This document shows positions 1 through 10,024 of a stretch of DNA of 64,000 nucleotides, piece by piece. The stretch spans positions 1-64,000 of IMG/VR virus record IMGVR_UViG_3300032251_000002. One strand, 5' to 3'. This stretch comes from a virus. The notes below the pieces were generated by a model, which was not told the origin of the DNA, made no database searches, and worked only from the letters and a program-made list of their open reading frames with translations. The position numbers and the translations under genes are program-made. Every line of letters starts with the position of its first letter. Position 1 is the first letter of the stretch.

Positions 1-1
1 G

Positions 2-358
2 ATGAAAAGATTAATGATAATCTTAACAACAAAGAATCTTATGAAATTGAACCATAAAGTTTTAACTACTAATAATTATTTAGATGTAGGTAATATTATT
101 AAAAATAGTGAATATGAAAATTCTAAGAATAATATATACATTGAAAGAAGACAATATAGTAGTGATATGTTCAGTTTAGATATGTATGATTCAGTTACAA
201 TTAAGTATAAACATAAAACTGTAGCTCATAGTTATGGACTAATAATGAGATGGGGAAAGGTTGAAAAACATTTAAAGAAAGAAATCAAAAATATACTTAG
301 AAAATTAGTAAAAGATTCTATATATGAAAATAGAATTGAGAAATATATTAAAGCTTAA
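2..358 (+). CDS. hypothetical protein (start uncertain, at window edge)
   Basis: ORF track only; no recognisable motif. Confidence 0.5.
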   Translation: MKRLMIILTTKNLMKLNHKVLTTNNYLDVGNIIKNSEYENSKNNIYIERRQYSSDMFSLDMYDSVTIKYKHKTVAHSYGLIMRWGKVEKHLKKEIKNILRKLVKDSIYENRIEKYIKA

Positions 359-388
359 CTTATATTTTATACTAAAAATAATAAGTGT

Positions 389-400
389 AACAAGAAATTA
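389..400 (+). promoter_or_regulatory. late-type phage promoter AACA-N6-TA
   Basis: AACA AGAAAT TA upstream of the polymerase gene; motif recurs ~20 times in intergenic regions; matches the AR9 non-virion RNAP promoter consensus. Confidence 0.7.
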
Positions 401-416
401 GAGACAATAAAGGAGG

Positions 417-2348
417 ATGATGATGAAAAGTGTATTCTTAAACAAGTACAGAGATGAAATGTATAAGATTCTTAAGAGAAAATATGATTTTCTAGATGAA
501 GAAGACTTATTAGAATTCATTGAAACTACTATTAAAGAAAGAATAAACAAACCTAAGTGTATCTTTAGTAATGATTATGTTAAAGAAATTCAAGAGATTA
601 ACTTACTTCAGTTTACAGATTTCTTATTAAAGAGTAAACCTCTTATTACTGGATATGGAACAGTATATAAACAACATACTGATGAAACATCTATTAATAA
701 CACAGCCGATATGCTAGACTTCTTACTTAAGAGTAGAAAAGTATATAAAAAGAAAATGTTTAAGTGTATGAATGAAAAGGATGATGAAGGTGTTAAGTTA
801 AATGATATGATTCAGAAAACAATAAAACTGTTAGCTAACTCATATTATGGTGCATCAGGAGAGAAATCAGCTCAGTTTTATAATCCTAGAATTGGTCCAT
901 CAGTTACTTATTCAGGTGTACAAATTATCACTACTTCAGTAATTGCATTTGAAAGATTCTTAGAGAATAATATTAAATTTAAGAGTATAGATGAGATTTA
1001 TATATTCGTTGAGAATGTATTATCTGAAGAAATAGTTGATGACAGAGGTATTATAGACTCTGATGGATTTATTGATAAAGAAGAATTAGTTGATTACTTG
1101 ATTGAATGTACAACTGATGATACTATTATTGATAGAGAAGCTTTAAAAGATTTTGTTAAAGATTTAGATGTTAATCAATGTACATCTATATACTATAAGA
1201 ATAATTTATTCACTTTAATGCAAAATAGTGAGTACATTCAAGATGAGATTATAGGTGGACTATTAGACCAACCATACTTATCTATTGAAGAGTTCCCAGA
1301 AGATATTGAATCTAGACTTAATGATTTCTGGAATATAGCTCAAAAACATGTGTTCTATGATTATGCTGTTTATGACAGATATGAAAGATGTTTGAATGAT
1401 GAAAGACGTTCAATCTTAGTAGTAGATACAGATTCAAACTTTATTAACTTAGACCCTTGGTTTAAATTTGTTACTAGTATTTATGATGTACCTAGTACAA
1501 CAGAGATGAGAGTAAGTATTATCAATCTAATGGTTTATGTTCTTACACAGTTTATTCAAAAAGCTTTAGATAGACTTACTGAAAACTGTAATGTAACTGC
1601 AGAGAAGATGCCAATCATTAACATGAAGAATGAGTTCCTTTACAAAAGACTTATGGCTACTTCAAATAAGAAACAATATGTTGGTACTCTTATAGGTCAA
1701 GAAGGTAACTTAATCGACCCACCAGAGGTTGATATGAAAGGTTTATCTATTAAGAAAGCAAATGTAAACCATAGAACTAGAGAATACTTTACTGAAATCA
1801 TTGAAAATGATATACTAAATCAAGAAGAAATAGACTTAAATGTTATACTTGGTAAGTTCAAAGAATTTGAAGATGAAATAAGAACAAGTCTAAGAGCTGG
1901 TGAATTAACATTTGCAACACCTGCAAAGGTAAATGAAATAGATTCATATGCAATGCCTTATAGAATTGGACCAGTTAGAGCTACTATAGCTTACAACTAC
2001 CTTTATCCAGATGAACCAATTCAACCACCAGTTAAGATTAATACTCTTAAATTACTTGGTGAGAAGAAAGAAGATTTAAAGTCAATATTTGATTTACCAC
2101 AATATAAGATTATTGATGAAAAGATATTTGGTCATCCTAAAGATGAGTTCAATAAACATGGCTTTAAGCTTATGGGATTACCTAAGAATGTTGATAAGAC
2201 ACCAGAGTGGATTATTCCATTGATTGATGTCGAATCTATCGTTAGTGATAATGTTAGAAATGGTATAATTATACTTGAATCACTGGGAGTTAAAGTAATG
2301 ACTCTTCTTAATTCTAAGAACTATTACAGTAATGTAATTAATTTTTAA
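417..2348 (+). CDS. split family-B DNA polymerase, C-terminal subunit (motifs B and C)
   Basis: KLLANSYYG (motif B), VVDTDS (motif C), KKQYVG; lacks motif A and exonuclease, which are at 12892..14712. Confidence 0.9.
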   Translation: MMMKSVFLNKYRDEMYKILKRKYDFLDEEDLLEFIETTIKERINKPKCIFSNDYVKEIQEINLLQFTDFLLKSKPLITGYGTVYKQHTDETSINNTADMLDFLLKSRKVYKKKMFKCMNEKDDEGVKLNDMIQKTIKLLANSYYGASGEKSAQFYNPRIGPSVTYSGVQIITTSVIAFERFLENNIKFKSIDEIYIFVENVLSEEIVDDRGIIDSDGFIDKEELVDYLIECTTDDTIIDREALKDFVKDLDVNQCTSIYYKNNLFTLMQNSEYIQDEIIGGLLDQPYLSIEEFPEDIESRLNDFWNIAQKHVFYDYAVYDRYERCLNDERRSILVVDTDSNFINLDPWFKFVTSIYDVPSTTEMRVSIINLMVYVLTQFIQKALDRLTENCNVTAEKMPIINMKNEFLYKRLMATSNKKQYVGTLIGQEGNLIDPPEVDMKGLSIKKANVNHRTREYFTEIIENDILNQEEIDLNVILGKFKEFEDEIRTSLRAGELTFATPAKVNEIDSYAMPYRIGPVRATIAYNYLYPDEPIQPPVKINTLKLLGEKKEDLKSIFDLPQYKIIDEKIFGHPKDEFNKHGFKLMGLPKNVDKTPEWIIPLIDVESIVSDNVRNGIIILESLGVKVMTLLNSKNYYSNVINF

Positions 2349-2358
2349 TATCACTATT

Positions 2359-2375
2359 AAGTATATATTATTATA
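2359..2375 (+). promoter_or_regulatory. early-type phage promoter
   Basis: AAGTATATATTAT; one of 10 copies of ARRYATATATTAT found in the window. Confidence 0.65.
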
Positions 2376-2404
2376 GTGACATCAAATCAAATAATATTAG
2401 AAAA

Positions 2405-3163
2405 ATGGAGGCAAAAATTATGGCACAAAAGAAACAAGAAGAAAAAAGAAGTTATAATTATTCAAGAGAATCAGCAACTTTCTGGGCTGCAGAAAAGGAC
2501 ATTAATCAATGTTTATCTATCGGTTACAGAGCTGAAAAGACAAAGAAATACTGTGATGCATTCATTAAAATTACACCACTTAATGATAAAATGAAGCGTG
2601 TTGAGATTTCTGAAAAGGTTTATGACGAAGGATTCTTTGCTTTATCTGCACATGAATGTGTTGCATTAGTAAAAGGTTTAGAGTTAATGTTTAGAGGTAA
2701 GATTAATCAAACTGAAATTAACCATTTATCTGAAGACATTGATGGTACTTCACTAGAGTTCGTTAAAGAAGATGACAACTTAGTTGTTAACATCTTTGTA
2801 TTTGAAAAAGGTGATGTTGTTAGAGAATATTCTCATAAATTCTCAAGAACAAGAACTATGCTTATGGATGTAGACCCAGAGACTGGTGAAGGTCAAGAAT
2901 TAGATATTAATGTAGAATGGATTACTTTCCAAGAAGCTTTAAGATTCTCAATTGGTGTTGCTAGTGGTGCATTCATGTCTGCTGCTTCATTATTTGGTGG
3001 TTCTACAGGCAACCAACCACAACATACAGGTGGTATCATTAAAGGTAAGAGAAACAAGAAAACAACAGGTTCAGCTGCTTCTGAACAAGAAGAAAAAGTA
3101 GAAGTTAAAAAGACTACTAAGAAAGCTATTGGTAATCTATTTGACAATGATGAAGATGAGTAG
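2405..3163 (+). CDS. hypothetical protein, possibly ssDNA-binding
   Basis: next to polymerase, Gly/Lys-rich linker, acidic C-terminus LFDNDEDE; function inferred only. Confidence 0.35.
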   Translation: MEAKIMAQKKQEEKRSYNYSRESATFWAAEKDINQCLSIGYRAEKTKKYCDAFIKITPLNDKMKRVEISEKVYDEGFFALSAHECVALVKGLELMFRGKINQTEINHLSEDIDGTSLEFVKEDDNLVVNIFVFEKGDVVREYSHKFSRTRTMLMDVDPETGEGQELDINVEWITFQEALRFSIGVASGAFMSAASLFGGSTGNQPQHTGGIIKGKRNKKTTGSAASEQEEKVEVKKTTKKAIGNLFDNDEDE

Positions 3164-3170
3164 TTAACTT

Positions 3171-3203
3171 GAAGGTATGAGACTATTCTCATACCTTCTT
3201 TTT
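3171..3203 (+). terminator. intrinsic terminator
   Basis: GAAGGTATGAGA/TCTCATACCTTC stem followed by a T run. Confidence 0.75.
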
Positions 3204-3217
3204 ATTTTGGAGGTAAT

Positions 3218-3883
3218 ATGGAAAATTTAGCTAAGAAAAGAGTTATAGTTGCAGACATGGACGAAGTAATAGTAAATATTGTACCTTTATGGGTTTATAC
3301 TGCAATAGTTAATAAACCTATGCTTGAAGAATATTTTGATTTAGATATTAATTACTCACCAGAAATGGTTTTACAAAGAGAAACTTATTTAATTCAAGAA
3401 TGGTTGAAAAGGAAGGATGTTGGTGAAGTACCTAAGAGTATAATGGCAATTTTTAATTCATTATATTGTAAGGATAAAAACTTCTATGCTAAATGTCCTC
3501 CTACACCTATGGCAATGGGTTTAAGAGAATCACTAAATCATGATGTTCTTGAAAAACTTTATATTGTAACACATTGTTTTGAAGGAACTGAAGAATGGAA
3601 AAGAGACTGGTTGATTAATTTCTTTGGTACTGATGATAGAATTGTCTTTGTTCCTGTACCATTAAGTGAAAAGAAGTCAGATGCTTTTAAAGAACTTGAG
3701 ATTGAGTATGATGTATTTATTGATGACTCTTTAAAAAATATTAAAGATGTTATGGAGAATACAAACTCATTTGATAAAGAGTTTATGATTCCAAAGCTTG
3801 GTTACAATAAGAGAACTGAAGAGCTAACTAATCTTGCAAAAGACTACTTTGCACAGGTTATATATTATTCTAATGTAACTTAA
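3218..3883 (+). CDS. HAD-superfamily 5'(3')-deoxyribonucleotidase-like protein
   Basis: VADMDEVI (DxD motif I), IVTH (motif II), VFIDDS (motif IV). Confidence 0.75.
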   Translation: MENLAKKRVIVADMDEVIVNIVPLWVYTAIVNKPMLEEYFDLDINYSPEMVLQRETYLIQEWLKRKDVGEVPKSIMAIFNSLYCKDKNFYAKCPPTPMAMGLRESLNHDVLEKLYIVTHCFEGTEEWKRDWLINFFGTDDRIVFVPVPLSEKKSDAFKELEIEYDVFIDDSLKNIKDVMENTNSFDKEFMIPKLGYNKRTEELTNLAKDYFAQVIYYSNVT

Positions 3884-3895
3884 AACAAAAAATTA
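3884..3895 (+). promoter_or_regulatory. late-type promoter
   Basis: AACA AAAAAT TA upstream of the RNAP beta' gene. Confidence 0.6.
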
Positions 3896-3945
3896 ATCAA
3901 GATATAATTCTTGGTTAATTTTTTTTTGGAAGGAGAATATATAAA

Positions 3946-5460
3946 ATGAAAATAGACATAGTTGATTTAAATAAGTTCATTACAATTAATGAATGTCCAC
4001 AAGTTACTAATCCTATTTATCTTGATATGAACAATGTTCCTACAGATGATGGATTATTCTCATATACTTTATTTGGTTTATCTGGTTCTTATGACCGTAA
4101 AACAATTTTTGGATATATAGACTTAAAGAAAAAGTTCTTACATCCTGTAGTATATAGATTACTAGTTAGTATTGATAGAAGGATTTCTAAAATAGTTGAT
4201 GGTAGTATGTATGTTACCTTAGATGAAAAAGGACTTATTGTTGTAGATAATGAAAAAGGTAAAACTGGATTAGAATTTCTACATAAGAACTTTGATAAGA
4301 TTAACTTTAAGTTAACAGGAAGTAGAGTTAGAGAAGAAAAGATACAAGTATTTAAATCTTTAAAAAGAAATGAAGCATTTCTTGATAAATGGTTAGTAAT
4401 TCCTGCATTCTATAGAGATGTTAACTTATCAAAATCTGGTTCAGGTAAGATTGGTGTAGATGAGATTAATAGTTTATATACTAAAATAGTTAGTATATCT
4501 AATACTCTATCAGTGGAGTCTGATTATGATTTCATGGGTTTTATATCAGAAAATAAGTTACAATTGTATTTGCTTGAAATTTATGAAACATTAACTAAAT
4601 CTATGGCTAAAAAGACAGGTATTATTCGTCAAGCCTTAATGGGTAAGTCAATAGATTATGCAACAAGAGCTGTAATATCAGCACCTAGAATTAACTCTAA
4701 TGAATGGGATAAACAAGAAATTCCATTTGGTTATACAGGTATTCCTTTAGCACAATTACTTGTATTGTATTATCCATTCTTTATTTATGGAATTAGTAAC
4801 TACTTTGAAGAAATATTCAATACAACTAAGTATGTTCTAGACCAAGATAGAGTAACTCAGCATGCACTAATTAATCCTATGGATGATTACACTCCAGATA
4901 AGATTAAGAAGATGATGAACTTATATATCAAATCTATACCAGATAGATTTCAACGTCTGCCAGTTAATACTGAAAACGGAACTAAGTATTTAAAGGTATA
5001 TGAAAATGATAATTTAAGAGACCTTACTCTAACAGATTTATTATTTACTGTTGCAACTAAGGTTTGTGAGGATAAAATGGTATACATTACTCGTTATCCT
5101 ATGGAGACACATCAAGGTATTTATCCATCTAAAATTAAGATATTAACTACCTATAAAACTATGGACTCATCAATAAATTCAACATACTTTAATGATTATC
5201 CATATATTGATTCATCACTACCTATTCTAGATTCAACATTCATAGATACAGTTGTTATGAACAACAGTTACTTAGATGCATTGGGTGGAGATTATGATGG
5301 TGATATGGTTTCTTTAAGAGCAGTTTGGTCACAAGAAGCAAATGCTGAAGCTAAAAAGTTATTGAATTCTAATTCAAATCTTTTAGATAGTAGTGGTTCT
5401 AATGTTAGAACTATTGGTAATGAAGGGGTTCAAACTATATTTGCATTAACACGAGATTAA
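3946..5460 (+). CDS. multisubunit RNA polymerase beta'-like N-terminal/catalytic subunit (probably virion RNAP)
   Basis: GYIDLKKKFLHP, IRQALMGKSIDYATRAVI, TRYP, catalytic GGDYDGD; late-type promoter suggests the virion set. Confidence 0.9.
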   Translation: MKIDIVDLNKFITINECPQVTNPIYLDMNNVPTDDGLFSYTLFGLSGSYDRKTIFGYIDLKKKFLHPVVYRLLVSIDRRISKIVDGSMYVTLDEKGLIVVDNEKGKTGLEFLHKNFDKINFKLTGSRVREEKIQVFKSLKRNEAFLDKWLVIPAFYRDVNLSKSGSGKIGVDEINSLYTKIVSISNTLSVESDYDFMGFISENKLQLYLLEIYETLTKSMAKKTGIIRQALMGKSIDYATRAVISAPRINSNEWDKQEIPFGYTGIPLAQLLVLYYPFFIYGISNYFEEIFNTTKYVLDQDRVTQHALINPMDDYTPDKIKKMMNLYIKSIPDRFQRLPVNTENGTKYLKVYENDNLRDLTLTDLLFTVATKVCEDKMVYITRYPMETHQGIYPSKIKILTTYKTMDSSINSTYFNDYPYIDSSLPILDSTFIDTVVMNNSYLDALGGDYDGDMVSLRAVWSQEANAEAKKLLNSNSNLLDSSGSNVRTIGNEGVQTIFALTRD

Positions 5461-5501
5461 TAATAAAGGTATAGTGTTTAATAGACGCTATACCTTTATT
5501 A
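5461..5501 (+). terminator. hairpin / terminator
   Basis: TAATAAAGGTATAG...CTATACCTTTATTA inverted repeat. Confidence 0.6.
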
Positions 5502-5518
5502 TATTTAAGGAGGATTTT

Positions 5519-5929
5519 ATGGCTACATTAATAGAAGATTTAAAGTTAAATAAACGTCACGAGGAATTACTTAAGATGAGATTTAAAGCTCAGAAATATT
5601 TAACTATTGAAAAAGTTATAATGGAATTAAGTAGAACTGGAGTTCAAGAGTTTATATCTTCATCTAAAGGTATAGGAGTTCAGACCTTTAAAAAAATATA
5701 TAATTCAATATATGAGTTTAATAAAAACTTAATTCCTAAATCGGTTCAGAATGATATAAACTTAAATCTATTCAATATAAGATATATTGAAGAGTTTACT
5801 ATGGATGAAAAAAACTTTATAAAAGATATGATACTATTTTTAGAAACAATGAATATGGAATTTCCAGATAAAATACTTGAAATACGTTCAATTAAAGAAA
5901 AGGTTAATATTCATCATAATCGTAAATAA
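5519..5929 (+). CDS. protein with RNAP alpha-CTD-like / HhH N-terminal domain
   Basis: ATG at 5519 after AAGGAGG; IEDLKLNKR..LL and KGIGVQTFKKI resemble alpha-CTD. Confidence 0.45.
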   Translation: MATLIEDLKLNKRHEELLKMRFKAQKYLTIEKVIMELSRTGVQEFISSSKGIGVQTFKKIYNSIYEFNKNLIPKSVQNDINLNLFNIRYIEEFTMDEKNFIKDMILFLETMNMEFPDKILEIRSIKEKVNIHHNRK

Positions 5930-5938
5930 TAACGTGTT

Positions 5939-5954
5939 AAACATATATTATAAA
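5939..5954 (+). promoter_or_regulatory. early-type promoter not followed by a long ORF
   Basis: AAACATATATTATAAA. Confidence 0.65.
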
Positions 5955-6547
5955 TATGGACTAGTAATTTAAAGACAATATATTTATCAAAAGGGGGGTA
6001 AAAATAACGATAACTACTAGACCATATTTTTAGCACTATTCAATATAATTTTTAAAGGTATATAAAAAGAGAACATAACCTTTAAGTTTTCTACAATCTA
6101 ATTCATGACTCCATATTCTAAAAAGAATATGGAGGTGTTTAACTATGGATACAGTAGTAGGAGATTAATTACAGTAAATCAACAAGCTAAAAAGATAAGG
6201 GAGCTATAGAATCGATGATAAAGATTAAAAGAAGTATACCGAATCAAATAGAGAAAGATTCACAATATTTTTGCAAATACTTTAGTCCTTTCTTCTCGTA
6301 CACAAATGAAACAGAAAATAAACCAATATAGGAATATATTGGTTGAAATAAATTTGTGGAGTCGTAATTAGAATATTACGGTCTGAGGAAAGGGGCTTAA
6401 ATGAACATAGAAGTTGCTAGGAAGGAGGGTAGAAATATCTTCTTTCCGTAATGTGTTGGAAAACACTGGTTGTGGTATTATGCAAAAGATAACAATAATA
6501 GAGAGGTTATTACATATTAAAAAAAAAGAGACCTCTCTTTTTTTTTT
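5955..6547 (+). ncRNA. putative ~590-nt structured non-coding RNA (may contain micro-ORFs)
   Basis: bounded by early promoter and terminator; three GNRA-capped hairpins and long-range stems; no ORF of 60 aa or more. Confidence 0.5.
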
Positions 6548-6558
6548 GTATGATTTAT

Positions 6559-6574
6559 AGACATATATTATATT
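6559..6574 (+). promoter_or_regulatory. early-type promoter
   Basis: AGACATATATTATATT upstream of the macrodomain gene. Confidence 0.65.
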
Positions 6575-6631
6575 AATGTAAAAAAGAAGGATATAACACT
6601 TATATAAATCAATTAAACAAGGAGGACGTAA

Positions 6632-7078
6632 ATGATTTACAATGAAAAACGAGGAGACATATTTGAACTGGACACTAATTGGGTATTAGGACATTGTATT
6701 AGTGCTGATTACAAAATGGGTAAAGGTATTGCTCTGGAGTTTAACGAACACTTTAACATGAAGTATCAATTAATTAAGGATGGAAGACATAAGTTTCCAG
6801 CAGTTGTAGGATTTGATAATCTTGGTAAGAATAAAGACCAAGTTGTTTTTAACATTGTTACTAAAGAAAAGTTTAGAGATAAGCCGACTTACTCTAACTT
6901 TAGAAAGTCTATTGAATTACTTAAAGAAGACTTAATTGATTACAACTTCAAAAGAATAGCTTTACCTAAGATTGGTACAGGTTTAGATGGTTTAAAGTGG
7001 GCAACAGTTAAACGTCATATTCATGAAGTGTTTGAAGATACTGATATTGAAATTTTAATAATAGACAAAAATATGTAA
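6632..7078 (+). CDS. macrodomain protein (Poa1p/TARG1/DarG-like ADP-ribose hydrolase)
   Basis: GDIF, HCISADYKMGKGIA, NIVTK, ALPKIGTGLDGLKW. Confidence 0.85.
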   Translation: MIYNEKRGDIFELDTNWVLGHCISADYKMGKGIALEFNEHFNMKYQLIKDGRHKFPAVVGFDNLGKNKDQVVFNIVTKEKFRDKPTYSNFRKSIELLKEDLIDYNFKRIALPKIGTGLDGLKWATVKRHIHEVFEDTDIEILIIDKNM

Positions 7079-7091
7079 GGAGGTAAAAACT

Positions 7092-9830
7092 TTGAAGATA
7101 ACCTATTTAAAACTAGTCAACTATGCAGGAATATGGGCTGGTATGGATAGAACTACATTTGAAGCAGATTTTACTAAAGGTAATAGTAAAATTGTACTAT
7201 TATTTGGTAAAAATGGTTCGGGCAAGACTACAATATTATCAGCGTTACATCCATTTATGGATTCAAATAATGATAATAGAACTAAACTTATAATGGATGG
7301 TTTAGAAGGTTATAAAGAAATTCATTATGAAAAAGATGGTCATGATTACATTATTAAACATTATTACAAATCATCTAATAAATCATATATTATGAAAGAT
7401 GGTTTGGAATTAAATGATAATGGTGGTATTAAAACATTTAAGAAGATAGTTGAAGAAGAGTTAGATGTCAACGCTGAATACTTTAAATTATTTAGAATAG
7501 GTAGTAATGTTACTAACTTTATTGATTTACCAACAGCACAACGTAAGAAATTCATGGGTAACTTCTTACCAGATATTGATGAATTCTTAGAATATTTTGC
7601 CACAGTTAAATCTAAGTTTAGTTTAATTAAGAAAGAAGTAGAGTACATTTCAGATAATATTGATAAGCTTGATACTGAAGAAAATCTAGAAATTCTTAGA
7701 GAGTCTATTGAGAGTCAAATTGATATGAAACAAACTGAAATAAAAAGACTTACAGCATTAGTTAATCAAGCACAAGGTTCTATTAAAACTTTAGACCCAG
7801 ATGAGAAACACACTACGGATGCAAATCCTTATGAAAAGAAATATAATGGTAGTATGTTATCTCTTAATGATTCTAAGATTAAGAGACAACAATATTATTC
7901 AGATTACTCTGACCTATCAGACTTTGACTATGAAATGGTTGAGAATAAAATACTTGATATTGGTAAACTTATTACTAAATTTGAGGATGAACTTAGTGAA
8001 TTAACTGTTGAATCTAATAAATTAAAGCAAGAGTTATCAACATTAAGAGTATCTCTTAACACTAAAGAAACAAGTATATCAGACTTAGAATCAAATGAAT
8101 CACTAAATGATTTAGAAAAAATGAAACAAGAGTATCAGAAAAAATATGATGCAGATTCAAATTATCTGGGTAAAAATTTGGAGAGATTTTCAGAATACGG
8201 AGATTTTTCGTATGGTGAAATCATTCCTGTGAGTTCAACGCTACAGTTACTAAAAACGTCACTTATAGATGTTAAGGATAACCTGTCAGATGCAGACTTA
8301 CAAATTCTTCACAAACTTTATACATTTGATGAATTAACTATAGATGACCTTACTGATATCAAATTATCTTTAGCATCAGATATTACAGATAGTGAAACTA
8401 GTTTAGATTCTCTTAAAGAAGAACTTAGTGGTTTGAATTCTAATTTAAATCAAAAAGATATTCTTGATAAGAGACCATCAAAATGTAAAATTGATGAGTG
8501 TGCTTTTATATCTAATGCACTTCAATTCTCAAACATTGATGAAGATATTAAGTCTGTTGAAGATAAGATTTCTGATAATAAAAGTAACCATAAGAAAATA
8601 CTTGAACAGTATGGTATTATAGAAAATGTATTTAATGCCATATCTAAATTAAAGAAAACTTTAAGTAGAGTTCCTAAAGACCATAGTGATATACTAAAGA
8701 AAATGGATATAATTTCTAATGAAGAAGAATATGTTGAAGCTATTACTGCAAGTAAGCAAGACATTTTAGAAGTAATGGATATATCAGATTTTACTATGTT
8801 CCTAAAGACCAAAGCTGTCATAGACGTTAATAAAGGAAACCTTGATAATGTTAACTCTAAGATAAAATTAGTTAAGAAACAATCAAGTGTATTAAAAACA
8901 CTTAAAAAAGAAAAAGACGACATCAATTCAAAGATAGAAGGTGTTAAAGAGAGACTATCTGAAATCGTTGAAAGAAAGACAAAAGTTAAAAAGAATATTG
9001 AGAAGAAACAATTCCAATTAACTATTATGGATGACTTGAAAACTCTTTTCGATAAAGAAAATGAAGCACAATCAACTATGGATGAGTTCAAACAGAAATA
9101 TGAAGATATGGATAAACTTTTAAATAAGTTAATGATTCTTTATACTGAAGCTAGAAATCATAAAATGGAGTATCAAGCTATTGAACTTGAAGTTAAACCT
9201 TTGGATAAACAGCTTAAAAAGGTCAATCTTGATATTAGTAATTTACATGAGTATGAAAAAAGAAAAGCAGCGTTACAGGAGAACTTTGGATATCTAGAAA
9301 CTCTTAAAAAAGTTTTAGACCCTACTAAGGGAATACCATTACATTTCATTGGTAACTATTTGAAAGAGACTGAGAAGATTGCTAATAAGCTTTTAGATAT
9401 GGCTCATAATGGTAGATTTAGAATAAAGTTTGAACTTACATCTAAGGATTTCTTTATAAAAGTTAAGAAAGAATCTGGAGATGTGCTATCAGATATAAGT
9501 ATAGCATCCCAAGGTGAGATAGCTCTTACCACTATGTCATTATCTATGGCAATGATTCAACAATCATTAACCTCATATAATATATTATATCTTGATGAGA
9601 TTGATGGACCACTTGATACAAGTAATAGACGTTGTTTTATTGATATGATTGAAGAGCAGATTGAAGAGTTAGGTTTAGAGCAAATATTCATTATATCACA
9701 TAATAATGAATTTGATGCATATCCAGCTGGATTGATACTTCTAAAGAATAATGACATTGATAAAGATGATTTAGAGTTCATGGTTAGTAAAAATATCATA
9801 TTTGATATTGATGATGAATATGTAGCATAA
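7092..9830 (+). CDS. sbcC: SbcC/Rad50-like SMC ATPase
   Basis: Walker A GKNGSGKTT, long coiled coil with central CKIDEC hook, signature SQGE, Walker B LYLDE, IISH. Confidence 0.92.
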   Translation: MKITYLKLVNYAGIWAGMDRTTFEADFTKGNSKIVLLFGKNGSGKTTILSALHPFMDSNNDNRTKLIMDGLEGYKEIHYEKDGHDYIIKHYYKSSNKSYIMKDGLELNDNGGIKTFKKIVEEELDVNAEYFKLFRIGSNVTNFIDLPTAQRKKFMGNFLPDIDEFLEYFATVKSKFSLIKKEVEYISDNIDKLDTEENLEILRESIESQIDMKQTEIKRLTALVNQAQGSIKTLDPDEKHTTDANPYEKKYNGSMLSLNDSKIKRQQYYSDYSDLSDFDYEMVENKILDIGKLITKFEDELSELTVESNKLKQELSTLRVSLNTKETSISDLESNESLNDLEKMKQEYQKKYDADSNYLGKNLERFSEYGDFSYGEIIPVSSTLQLLKTSLIDVKDNLSDADLQILHKLYTFDELTIDDLTDIKLSLASDITDSETSLDSLKEELSGLNSNLNQKDILDKRPSKCKIDECAFISNALQFSNIDEDIKSVEDKISDNKSNHKKILEQYGIIENVFNAISKLKKTLSRVPKDHSDILKKMDIISNEEEYVEAITASKQDILEVMDISDFTMFLKTKAVIDVNKGNLDNVNSKIKLVKKQSSVLKTLKKEKDDINSKIEGVKERLSEIVERKTKVKKNIEKKQFQLTIMDDLKTLFDKENEAQSTMDEFKQKYEDMDKLLNKLMILYTEARNHKMEYQAIELEVKPLDKQLKKVNLDISNLHEYEKRKAALQENFGYLETLKKVLDPTKGIPLHFIGNYLKETEKIANKLLDMAHNGRFRIKFELTSKDFFIKVKKESGDVLSDISIASQGEIALTTMSLSMAMIQQSLTSYNILYLDEIDGPLDTSNRRCFIDMIEEQIEELGLEQIFIISHNNEFDAYPAGLILLKNNDIDKDDLEFMVSKNIIFDIDDEYVA

Positions 9831-9837
9831 AAATATT

Positions 9838-9874
9838 AGACTATATGATTAATATCATATAGTCTTTTTTTTTT
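9838..9874 (+). terminator. intrinsic terminator
   Basis: AGACTATATGAT/ATCATATAGTCT followed by a long T run. Confidence 0.8.
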
Positions 9875-9941
9875 GTTTAAATTTTAACAAATCTATAAAA
9901 TTGTCGTCATCCATTTTTATGAAACAATTGTCTCAATTTAT

Positions 9942-9973
9942 AACCCCATAACCTTCTCTAGGTTATGGGGTTT
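9942..9973. terminator. hairpin, probably bidirectional terminator
   Basis: AACCCCATAACCT/AGGTTATGGGGTT. Confidence 0.7.
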
Positions 9974-10024
9974 ATATTAAGTAAGAAGATAACCATAATG
10001 TTATCTCTCTACATTACACAGTAC

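Noticed and set aside
6383-6435. Hammerhead ribozyme (CTGAGGA ... GAAA)
   Set aside because: No stem II closing pair or compatible stems I/III; the GAAA caps an ordinary hairpin
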